38,988 nt of DNA, from positions 1 through 38,988 of the forward strand of contig JAPYWX010000001.1 in assembly GCA_028276145.1 (NCBI GenBank), in the 5' to 3' direction. The notes beneath the pieces were generated by a model. The model did not search any database. It was not told the DNA's origin and was given only the letters and a program-made list of their open reading frames with translations. This document shows positions 26,322 to 34,112 of the stretch, piece by piece (the stretch's first letter is position 1; every line of letters starts with the position of its first letter). Made by a program: the position numbers and the translations under genes. The stretch comes from Spirochaetota bacterium. Lineage in GTDB: Bacteria > Spirochaetota > Brevinematia > DTOW01.

Positions 26322-26440
26322 AAAAGAAAAAAGTAATTTTAAATACTTTTATGTCTACTAAATCTCTGAGTTTTTTACAATCAAATATAACTTTCCATAA
26401 GCGTATTTCATACGCTATAAAGTATTACATAAATGATAAA

Positions 26441-27205
26441 CTACAACAAAAAGTAAATATTAAGGTACGGAATAACTGGCAGACTGATTTTGAATTCTTT
26501 CACCTCAAAACTAGTTCCTGGATAAATCATACCCAGTTGTAAATTAAGAAGGCTATCCCACAGAGAAATAGTCATTCCAATTGAGTACATTGGAGAATGA
26601 ACGAAATTACTACAAAAGAGTATCCTACTGTCTTGGCCATCTAATTTTGTCAGAAACTCAAAATAGATTGGCAAATAAAATTTTTCACCCAAAGACAAAA
26701 ATTCAGAGTACACAAATCCACCCACAAACCTCTCATTAGCTTCACTACCACTTGAAATTTTAAAAGTGAAACCTAAAACAAAGACATTATAAGGAATAAT
26801 TTCCTGCGCCAAACTCAAGAAAACTGTAGAAATAGGTGGATTTACCCTAAAATTTGATATTGAATAGGCTCTTAACACTTTGTCACTTTCATCTATTATA
26901 CCTTCTAATGAAGCACCAAACATCGTAATTCTATCACTTAACAACTCTATTTCTTGTACTAATTTAATTTCAGCATTGTAGATACCTATAATGTATTGGG
27001 GCCACTTTATTTTTGTATCTACACCCAAAGAATAGAATTTATAAGAAAACCCAATATCCATTAACCCCAATTTCAAATTTTTTTGAGGTACTGAAGGGAA
27101 AACCTCAATGATACCATCATTCTCTACCAACATAGCTTCAGAAAACCTGAAGATACCAAAAAGAATAAGAAATAAAAACAAAAACCTTCTAAAAAACAAC
27201 ATCAT
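26441..27205 (-). CDS. Secreted hypothetical protein (254 aa), possibly beta-rich or outer-membrane
   Basis: N-terminal signal-like FLFLFLILFGIFRFSEA. Alternating hydrophobic/aromatic pattern. No motif I recognise. Confidence 0.5.
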   Translation of the reverse strand: MMLFFRRFLFLFLILFGIFRFSEAMLVENDGIIEVFPSVPQKNLKLGLMDIGFSYKFYSLGVDTKIKWPQYIIGIYNAEIKLVQEIELLSDRITMFGASLEGIIDESDKVLRAYSISNFRVNPPISTVFLSLAQEIIPYNVFVLGFTFKISSGSEANERFVGGFVYSEFLSLGEKFYLPIYFEFLTKLDGQDSRILFCSNFVHSPMYSIGMTISLWDSLLNLQLGMIYPGTSFEVKEFKISLPVIPYLNIYFLL

Positions 27206-27312
27206 AACTTCACACCTTTGACCTAAAATAGTGAAAATTCTCAGAAGGTTTTTTCAACAAATCTTCAATTCTGTTGGAAGAACCTTGTGTTTTAAGTACT
27301 CTTAATAGGTAA

Positions 27313-27332
27313 AAACTACTTTTCTGTAGTTT
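27313..27332 (-). terminator. Weak hairpin plus T-tract at the fliP stop
   Basis: The minus strand reads AAACTAC-agaaaa-GTAGTTT followed by TTAC. The AT-rich 7-bp stem overlaps the fliP stop codon. Confidence 0.35.
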
Positions 27333-28080
27333 AGAAAAAACTAAGAACAAGTTTATTTATTGTCAGGGACCACCCATCTATGAGGAAAAAGAAAAGTATT
27401 TTCACAGGGAAAGATACAACAACAGGCGGTAAGAAAAACATACCCATGGACATTAGTAAGCTAGAAACAACTATATCTATTATCAAAAAAGGAATAAGCA
27501 ATATGGCTCCCATGTAAAAAGAAACAGTAAGTTCATTCACTATGAATGCTGGGATAAGAACATAAGTAGGGACATCATCTTTTGTCTTAGGTCTCGGTAA
27601 ATTAGCTAATTTGATAAATTGATATATGTACTTTTCGTTAGTCTGCTTAAACATAAACTCTCTAAAAGGCTTCATAGTGTTATCAAATGCTTTACCTATC
27701 TCCATTTTACCATCAATGTAGGGTTTTATACCTTCATTGTAAGACTTTGTGAATATGGGCCACATTATGTAAAGAGTTACGAAAAGCGCCAATCCCACTA
27801 TAACCTGGTTAGGCGGAATATTTTGAGTAGTCAAAGCTCTAGGTATAAAAGCCAAAACTATATATACCCTTATGAAAGATGTTAACATTATTAGAATTGA
27901 AGGAGCTAAAGAAAGTACAGTCAGAAGTAGAAGAATTTGAAGTGAAACGGAAACTTCTTGAGGACTCCTAGCCTGGTCAACACCGATAGTAAACCTAGGC
28001 AGTGGAACATTCTGAGCAAAAACCGAAGTAGAAACAAAAAGAAGCAAAAACACAATTACCACAAATCTTAACAATTTCAT
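27331..28080 (-). CDS. fliP: Flagellar type III export apparatus protein FliP
   Basis: Signal peptide followed by LLLLTVLSLAPSILIMLTSFIRVYIVLAFIPRALTTQNIPPNQVIVGLALFVTLYIMWP, the highly conserved FliP core. Confidence 0.9.
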   Translation of the reverse strand: MKLLRFVVIVFLLLFVSTSVFAQNVPLPRFTIGVDQARSPQEVSVSLQILLLLTVLSLAPSILIMLTSFIRVYIVLAFIPRALTTQNIPPNQVIVGLALFVTLYIMWPIFTKSYNEGIKPYIDGKMEIGKAFDNTMKPFREFMFKQTNEKYIYQFIKLANLPRPKTKDDVPTYVLIPAFIVNELTVSFYMGAILLIPFLIIDIVVSSLLMSMGMFFLPPVVVSFPVKILFFFLIDGWSLTINKLVLSFF

Positions 28081-28130
28081 AACCTTGAATTATTCTAGAA
28101 AGGGTAAACTAATAATTTCAAGTTTACAGG

Positions 28131-28150
28131 ATGAGGGCGTGAGCCCTCAT
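28131..28150. terminator. GC-rich hairpin ATGAGGGC-gtga-GCCCTCAT between pntB and fliP
   Basis: 8-bp stem 11 nt downstream of the pntB stop. The flanking A/T runs are not a canonical U-tract on the minus strand, so it could be a terminator or an mRNA-stabilising element. Confidence 0.45.
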
Positions 28151-28161
28151 TTAAAAAATAA

Positions 28162-29607
28162 TTAAGACTTAAGCCCTTTGTATTCCCTAAGTATCTCAGA
28201 TAATCCCGGTTTAGCGTCAGCAAATAACATAAGGGTATTTTCTTTGATAAAGAGAGGGTTAGGTATTCCAGCAAAACCTGGAGCTAAACTTCTCTTTATC
28301 ACAATAACCGTTTTAGCCTTATCAACATCAAGTATAGGCATACCATAAATTGGCGTGTCCTTAGCATCTCTAGCCATAGGGTTAACAACATCGTTAGCAC
28401 CAACAACTATAGCGACATCCGTATCAGGCAAGAGCTCATTGCTCTCCTCAAGTGTTTTTAACTTATCATAAGGTATGTCAACCTCAGCAAGCAAAACATT
28501 CATATGTCCTGGCATTCTACCAGCAACAGGATGTATAGCAAAATAAACTTCCTTACCGTCTTTAGTCAGCTCATTATAAAGGTCTCTAACAGCACCCTGA
28601 GCTTGAGCGACAGCCAAACCATAACCTGGCACTATTGCAATGGTATTTGCAGACTCCAAAATCATAGCAACCTCTTCAGGAGTTGTAGACTTAACTTTGC
28701 CTTGGTAGAAATCTTTACTATCCTTTGATTCTGCCATCTCTGGAGGAGTTATATTACCGAGTAGTATCCCGTAGAAATCTCTATTCATTGACTTAGCCAT
28801 TATCCTAGTCAAAATCAAGCCAGAAGCACCAACAAGAGCACCAACCATTATAAGCCCGTGGTTTAAGAAAACGAATCCTAATGTACCTGCCGAAAGACCT
28901 GCATAGGATATAAAGAGTGAAATGACAACGGGCATGTCAGCACCACCAACAGCAAGAGTAAGAGACAAACCAAGCAGTGAAGCAAGAACAAGTATACCAA
29001 TCATGTAAAGTATGTTCTCAGGGTAGAGAGTAAGAAGAACAGCAAAAACAATTATACCTACAAGTAATAGGAAATTGATGAGATTCTTAGCAGGTAAAAC
29101 TATAGGTCTTTCAGTTATGAGTCTCTGTAATTTAGCAAAAGCAACCATACTACCCCAGAATGTAATAGTTCCTACAAACATATCAAGAGAGACAGCTCCA
29201 TGGAAATACATTGCCTTAGTAGCTTCATCAAATGGCAACTTCTGAACATTTACAGGTAACTCTCCTTTCAAGAACTCAACAATAGCGACCAAAGCCGAAA
29301 CGCCACCACCAAACCCATTAAGTATAGCAACAAACTGAGGTATAGCTCTCATGTCAACAGCATAAGCAGAAACAACACCAATGATAGAACCTATCACCAA
29401 CCCTATAATTATCAAATCATACGAGAGTATGCCTTTGTATAGGAGCGTAGCCGTTATAGCAATAAGCATTCCAAGAGCACTGAGAAGATTACCCTTCCTA
29501 GCAGTCTTAGCAGAAGTGAGCAACTTAAGACCAAAAATGAAAAATATTACTGTGAAAAGATAAAAAACTGTTTGGTACTCAGTAGCAACATTCCTTAGAA
29601 AATCCAT
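28162..29607 (-). CDS. pntB: NAD(P) transhydrogenase subunit beta
   Basis: Polytopic N-terminal half and C-terminal NADP(H)-binding domain (VPGYGLAVAQAQ, FAIHPVAGRMPGHMNVLLAE, VVGANDVVNP). Confidence 0.9.
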   Translation of the reverse strand: MDFLRNVATEYQTVFYLFTVIFFIFGLKLLTSAKTARKGNLLSALGMLIAITATLLYKGILSYDLIIIGLVIGSIIGVVSAYAVDMRAIPQFVAILNGFGGGVSALVAIVEFLKGELPVNVQKLPFDEATKAMYFHGAVSLDMFVGTITFWGSMVAFAKLQRLITERPIVLPAKNLINFLLLVGIIVFAVLLTLYPENILYMIGILVLASLLGLSLTLAVGGADMPVVISLFISYAGLSAGTLGFVFLNHGLIMVGALVGASGLILTRIMAKSMNRDFYGILLGNITPPEMAESKDSKDFYQGKVKSTTPEEVAMILESANTIAIVPGYGLAVAQAQGAVRDLYNELTKDGKEVYFAIHPVAGRMPGHMNVLLAEVDIPYDKLKTLEESNELLPDTDVAIVVGANDVVNPMARDAKDTPIYGMPILDVDKAKTVIVIKRSLAPGFAGIPNPLFIKENTLMLFADAKPGLSEILREYKGLKS

Positions 29608-29616
29608 ATTAACCTC

Positions 29617-29913
29617 CTACTTTTTCTTTTTATCACCCTTAAACATTGCCAACATTCTATCAGCTATGAAGTAACCACCAACTACATTGATAGTCCCCAT
29701 AAGGAGAGCAATAAACGCAAGAATAGTTGTCAAAGATGTATTAGCTTTACCAGTCACCTCAATAGCACTAACGACCATTATAGAAGCCATAGCGTGCGAA
29801 GCAACAACCAAAGGAGTATGTAATATTGGTGGTACCTTAGTTATAACCTCAAAACCTATAATCAGAGCCAAAACAAAAAGAATTATAGCTGCAATTATTG
29901 GATCCATACACAC
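29617..29913 (-). CDS. pntAB: NAD(P) transhydrogenase subunit alpha part 2 (membrane)
   Basis: 98-aa protein with three TM segments, located between pntAA and pntB. HTPLVVASHAMASI resembles the conserved HTPLMS.TNAISG segment. Confidence 0.8.
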   Translation of the reverse strand: MCMDPIIAAIILFVLALIIGFEVITKVPPILHTPLVVASHAMASIMVVSAIEVTGKANTSLTTILAFIALLMGTINVVGGYFIADRMLAMFKGDKKKK

Positions 29914-29916
29914 CTC

Positions 29917-31059
29917 CTATTCACCTAATGCTCTTTTAACAAGCTGATTAACAATCTCTCCATCCTTAGTAACCAAGGTAGAAGATATTATCTCATCAGA
30001 AACATCTATATTTATCTTTCCATCCCTGACTAACAATGATAAGAAGTTTTTAATATTGTTCGCGTACATCTGGCTAGCATGTACAGGTACTGTACTCGGT
30101 AAATTGATGAGCCCTATTATTTTCACATTATTGTACTCATATATTTCACCAGGTTTGGTAAGCTCACAGTTCCCGCCTTTCTCGGCAGCTAGGTCAACAA
30201 TTACTGATCCTGGTTTCATCCTCTCAACCATCTCTTTTGTTATCAAAACTGGTGCTTTTTTACCTGGAACAGAAGCAGTGGATATAACAACATCACTATA
30301 CTCCAAAACCCTTAACATCATTTCTCTTTGCTTCTGATAAAACTCTTCAGACATTGCCTTAGCATAACCTGACTTATCGCTAGCCTCCTTTGTCTCTAAT
30401 CCCAACTCTATAAACTTTCCACCAACACTTTGAACCTGTTCCTTAACCTCAGGTCTAACATCATAAGCTTCAACAACAGCACCAAGTCTCTTAGCAGTTG
30501 CAATAGCTTGTAACCCGGCAACTCCTGCTCCCAAAACAAAAACTTTAGCAGCCATCAGGTTACCAGCAGCAGTCATGAACATCGGGAAAACCCTAGGCAA
30601 GTGCTCAGCAGCAATCAAAACAGCTTTATAGCCAGCAATTGTAGCCATTGAGCTCAGTACGTCCATACTCTGAGCCCTAGTTATTCTCGGTATGAGTTCA
30701 AGAGAAAAAGAAATAATACCTTTACTAGCAACAACTTTTGCAACTTCAGGATTAGCCAATGGCTCAGTCATACCTATGATGATAGAACCACTCTTGATTT
30801 TATCCAAATCCGAAAGGTTATTTTTGTCTGCTCCTGGTGCTCTTACATAAGTTATAATATCCGAATTTAAAACTTCATCTCTATTACCAATAACAGCACC
30901 AGAGTTCTTGTAATCTTCATCAGAATAATAAGCTCCTACCCCTGCTCCACTCTCAACTATAACCTCAAAACCCATCTTTACCAAAGCAGGTACAACCTGA
31001 GGGATAATAGAAACCCTTCTCTCACCCGGAAAGGTCTCCTTAACAACTCCTAACCTCAT
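29917..31059 (-). CDS. pntAA: NAD(P) transhydrogenase subunit alpha part 1 (NAD(H)-binding, alanine dehydrogenase-like)
   Basis: KETFPGERRVS, RITRAQSMDVLSS.A..AGYKAV and VLGAGVAGLQAIATAKRLGA Rossmann motif. Confidence 0.9.
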   Translation of the reverse strand: MRLGVVKETFPGERRVSIIPQVVPALVKMGFEVIVESGAGVGAYYSDEDYKNSGAVIGNRDEVLNSDIITYVRAPGADKNNLSDLDKIKSGSIIIGMTEPLANPEVAKVVASKGIISFSLELIPRITRAQSMDVLSSMATIAGYKAVLIAAEHLPRVFPMFMTAAGNLMAAKVFVLGAGVAGLQAIATAKRLGAVVEAYDVRPEVKEQVQSVGGKFIELGLETKEASDKSGYAKAMSEEFYQKQREMMLRVLEYSDVVISTASVPGKKAPVLITKEMVERMKPGSVIVDLAAEKGGNCELTKPGEIYEYNNVKIIGLINLPSTVPVHASQMYANNIKNFLSLLVRDGKINIDVSDEIISSTLVTKDGEIVNQLVKRALGE

Positions 31060-31329
31060 AATAACCCCTTTGAAAAAATATTAATTAGATTGTAAAGAAA
31101 AAACTCTTCAAATTCAAATTACACCAAGGTGCTCACAACCTGTGTTTAAAACACAAGTGTTTTAAAAACCTTACATCAAGTAATATTTTATAACATCTCC
31201 AATTGGAAATGCGATAGCATTTCTAACCAAGTAAGTTAGAAGCTCTATCGTTCTTTGGTTTCATATAAATAAGGTAATGGAATACCAAGCATCCCGATAT
31301 AAAAATAGATATTTTTTCAATATCAGACC

Positions 31330-31381
31330 GTGCTTCATAGCACATTCTTAATGTGCTTTAAGCACTTAAGTGCTTAAAGAC
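31330..31381. repeat. Three GTGCT..AGCAC-type palindromes
   Basis: GTGCTTCATAGCAC 31330-31343, identical to 33740-33753. The minus-strand flank TTAAGAATG occupies 31343-31351. GTGCTTTAAGCAC 31353-31365; degenerate GTGCTTAAAGAC 31370-31381. Confidence 0.8.
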
Positions 31382-31423
31382 TAATTAAAGAAGCTTAATT
31401 TTAAATAAGCAGACAAAGCACGT

Positions 31424-31454
31424 ACAGGTTTAACCTGTGACATGTTTAACATGT
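31424..31454. promoter_or_regulatory. Two adjacent 15-bp perfect palindromes ACAGGTTTAACCTGT and ACATGTTTAACATGT
   Basis: 31424-31438 and 31440-31454, separated by 1 nt. They lie 45 nt upstream of the 31500 ORF start. This is operator-like geometry with two dimer sites. Confidence 0.6.
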
Positions 31455-31499
31455 GAATTTTTCAGTGCAATCCAAAAGATTTGAATAGAATCAACATAA

Positions 31500-32210
31500 T
31501 TGGTTATACTTAATTTTGTGATAGACTTAAACAATATAAAAATACCCGTCTCGGCTATATTTGGACTCTTGATAGGTCTAGTAATAGGTATAATCGTTGG
31601 GATTATAAACAAAGGGTACTTTCTAGAAATAATTATGAGGTCAATACTAAGCGGGATAATAATGGGAGGAGTTCTATTTCTAGTAGAACAATTACTTCGG
31701 AACTACACTCCTGAAATCTTTGAAGAAAGTACAAACAACACTGGGATTGACATAAAAGAAGAGGATGAAAACATATCTCTAGAAGAAATATACGGTAGCG
31801 TCAAAGAAGAATCTCCAGAACCTAAGAGTCAAGAGTACACTTTCGGAGATAATTTCCAGGAATCAATATCTGCTTTTGAAAGTGCTGATAGGACTCCCGA
31901 AGAAACGACATTCAGCGAATTAAATGAGTTTTCCCTTAAATCAAGTTTTCCGGAATTTGAAAGAGAATCTTCAGTAGAAGAGTCTTTAGGAAGTTTTGAA
32001 GAACAAAAAAATACAAACCAAACTCCAGAATTTTCACCAGTTGAGTTTAGGAAAATTGAGATAACACCAAGTGAACTAGGAGTAACAAAAGAAAGCAAGG
32101 GTGGTATGACAAACGAATTCATAATACCTCCAAAAGGAAGCAAACCGATACCAAAAGATTACAAAAAGTTAGCTCAAATAATTAGAACAAAATTACATGA
32201 AGAGAAGTAA
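31500..32210 (+). CDS. Hypothetical membrane protein with acidic, E/S/T-rich C-terminal region
   Basis: Two or three N-terminal TM helices (GLLIGLVIGIIVGII; ILSGIIMGGVLFLV), then a low-complexity acidic tail. The start is uncertain: TTG 31500, GTG 31518 or ATG 31635, with no clear SD. Confidence 0.5.
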   Translation: MVILNFVIDLNNIKIPVSAIFGLLIGLVIGIIVGIINKGYFLEIIMRSILSGIIMGGVLFLVEQLLRNYTPEIFEESTNNTGIDIKEEDENISLEEIYGSVKEESPEPKSQEYTFGDNFQESISAFESADRTPEETTFSELNEFSLKSSFPEFERESSVEESLGSFEEQKNTNQTPEFSPVEFRKIEITPSELGVTKESKGGMTNEFIIPPKGSKPIPKDYKKLAQIIRTKLHEEK

Positions 32211-33299
32211 AATTAACACAACAGCAATACCAACAGCTATTATCGCTATATTAACTAGCCAAAAAATTAATTTATTACCAAATCCTTCATCCTTACCAAA
32301 AGATACACCTTCGCTAACTTTCCCTTCTTCTATTTTCTGGTCCGTAAATTCAACGGGAATCTGCTTTTGTTGAGGTTGAGTAGTGACAAATAGCTGTTCT
32401 TTTACTACACCCTCTGACTTCGTCTTCTCTGCTTTAATTTTTATATCCTCTTTTGTTATAAATTTACCTATAAAACCAGGTCCCAACTCCACATACACAA
32501 GATACCTACCAAAATCTAGCTTTTTCACGAAAAGCACTGTGGATCTCTCTTCCTTTCCTACAGAAAAAAGTTCAGCTGTTGACTGCTCAGGATTAACAGT
32601 AACGTAAACAATATCACCTTGCTTCATTTCACCAACAGTCATACCCTCAATAGGTGCAAGAACTGGTTGTACCTCAAATTCATAAATACCTTTAGGTTCT
32701 TCCTCTGTAGCTTCAAATTTACCCAATTCTATAAACTTCAAACTTTTTGGGATTTCTATCCCCAAATTCTTGAGAAAATTATAGAATTCAAACAAATCTA
32801 TCCTTTCATACGAAAATCTTACTACTGCTCTGTCATCGCCAAACATGAATGGTATATAAGTATACAAGAATCTCCTAATGTCTATTAAGGTTTTACCTTC
32901 CTCTGTAACTTTTAGCAAAGACTTCCTAAAATTATCATCAGAGTAGAATAACTTCTGAACTCTAGAGGATATATCTTCGTCTATCCTAAAGCTAGAATAA
33001 CCTTCTGAAATTTTCTTCACTAACTCTTTCCAAGGTAGCTCTATGTTCTGCTTTGTTATTTCCGGGTCAGTTGAAAAATAAGCTCTAACAAAGTCTATAC
33101 TACCACTCCTTTTATTCAAGAACAAAATGACCACTCCAGAATATATGGAAAAAGAAATTTTCATTTTAAAAACGATTATATCTTTCTGAAGCGAATTAAG
33201 AAACATCAATAATCTATCAGGATTCTCTCTGAACTTCTCAAGTAGAAACTCTGCAATATTTCTTGGTATACCCCTACTCTCAAGTTCACTAATATCCAT
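32193..33299 (-). CDS. Hypothetical tail-anchored membrane protein (368 aa)
   Basis: Soluble N-terminal body of about 340 aa with no recognised motif, plus a single C-terminal TM helix (LIFWLVNIAIIAVGIAVVLILLLF). Its 3' end overlaps the convergent 31500 gene by 18 nt. Confidence 0.55.
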   Translation of the reverse strand: MDISELESRGIPRNIAEFLLEKFRENPDRLLMFLNSLQKDIIVFKMKISFSIYSGVVILFLNKRSGSIDFVRAYFSTDPEITKQNIELPWKELVKKISEGYSSFRIDEDISSRVQKLFYSDDNFRKSLLKVTEEGKTLIDIRRFLYTYIPFMFGDDRAVVRFSYERIDLFEFYNFLKNLGIEIPKSLKFIELGKFEATEEEPKGIYEFEVQPVLAPIEGMTVGEMKQGDIVYVTVNPEQSTAELFSVGKEERSTVLFVKKLDFGRYLVYVELGPGFIGKFITKEDIKIKAEKTKSEGVVKEQLFVTTQPQQKQIPVEFTDQKIEEGKVSEGVSFGKDEGFGNKLIFWLVNIAIIAVGIAVVLILLLFM

Positions 33300-33640
33300 A
33301 AAATCATTTTCTAAGATTAAAAAAATTTTTTCAATATTTTTTTAATCAAAACACATTAATTGTTATTCACTCTTTTTCTCATGTGAGAGTAATTAAATCA
33401 TCCTTGCTACTAGTGAAAAAGTATCAAGAGCTTACTACCATTCCCCAAGTGCTTAAACCTATTTTTGTACTAAAGAACACCTTCTATTCAATTACCAAAG
33501 ATAAACAAAGTTTCTCTTCAAAAAGTAAGTTAGGTAGAAGAATTTAGAGCAAAAAATATTCTTTGATTATAGCACTACTTATATATCTTATAAGGTGAGT
33601 TTTTACATAAACTAGCAAAAGCACACCGTACTTCAAGTAC

Positions 33641-33705
33641 TCCTATAGGAAAGAACTATTTTTTGATAAAACCTTTTAAGAGTGCAAAGATGCTTCGTAT
33701 CTCTA
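33641..33705 (+). repeat. Conserved 65-nt intergenic block, copy B; ends in an imperfect hairpin AAAGAT-gcttcgt-ATCTCT
   Basis: See copy A (5842-5906). It has the same length, the same orientation relative to the downstream plus-strand gene, and the same distance of about 17 nt to the first GTGCT palindrome. Confidence 0.65.
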
Positions 33706-33722
33706 AGATAAAGATGTGTGAT

Positions 33723-33753
33723 GTGCTTAATAGCACTTTGTGCTTCATAGCAC
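33723..33753. repeat. Two tandem palindromes GTGCTTAATAGCAC and GTGCTTCATAGCAC (17-nt period)
   Basis: 33723-33736 and 33740-33753. The minus-strand flank TTAAGAAAG lies at 33753-33761. Confidence 0.85.
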
Positions 33754-33944
33754 TTTCTTAATTTTTTTTATATCACAGAGTGCAGAGAGAAGAGGTCTCT
33801 CTTCAGACGATTAGATTGTGTGGAGCACTTAACAGCACTTTTTTAAGATACTTGAGGTAATTCGTAGGGTCCTAACGGAAATTCCTTATCAAACATTGGA
33901 AATTATAAAGAGGCTTTGGCTCTTTACATCAATTAGGGTGTGGG

Positions 33945-34006
33945 GTGCTTAGTAGCACTAGTGCTTAATAGCACATCGTGCTTAAAGTACCTGTGCTACG
34001 TATCAC
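33945..34006. repeat. Tandem array of 4 palindromes (15-17 nt period)
   Basis: GTGCTTAGTAGCAC 33945-33958; GTGCTTAATAGCAC 33961-33974; GTGCTTAAAGTAC 33978-33990; GTGCTACGTATCAC 33993-34006. Hairpin AAAGAG-gctttgg-CTCTTT (33907-33925) precedes the array by 19 nt. Confidence 0.8.
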
Positions 34007-34112
34007 ATCCTTGTTTTAAATTAATAAACAGCAGTAACCTATGAGTTTTTTAAATCCTTACTAGTTGAAAGGAGAAGGTTTTGTAAATTATTCTTATTTT
34101 AAGGTATTGGAT

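Noticed and set aside
25063-26440. Integron-like gene cassette with attC sites flanking the TspO-like gene
   Set aside because: Some spirochaetes do have chromosomal integrons. However, the flanking repeats lack the attC architecture (R''/L''...L'/R' with a GTTRRRY core, 60-140 nt), no intI gene is present, and the flanking genes are not arranged as co-oriented cassettes.
26285-26542. 85-aa plus-strand ORF as a real gene
   Set aside because: It starts at a TTG inside a repeat unit and has no SD. Its composition is low-complexity and K/N-rich, as expected from translating AT-rich non-coding DNA, and it overlaps the 3' end of the 26441-27205 gene antisense. It is kept only as a possible antisense transcript in the findings.
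33300-34112. c-di-GMP (GEMM) riboswitch upstream of the PilZ gene
   Set aside because: I could not find the conserved GEMM-I elements (ACGCAAAGC-type core, tetraloop/receptor pair). The region is instead made of the GTGCT/AGCAC repeat modules.
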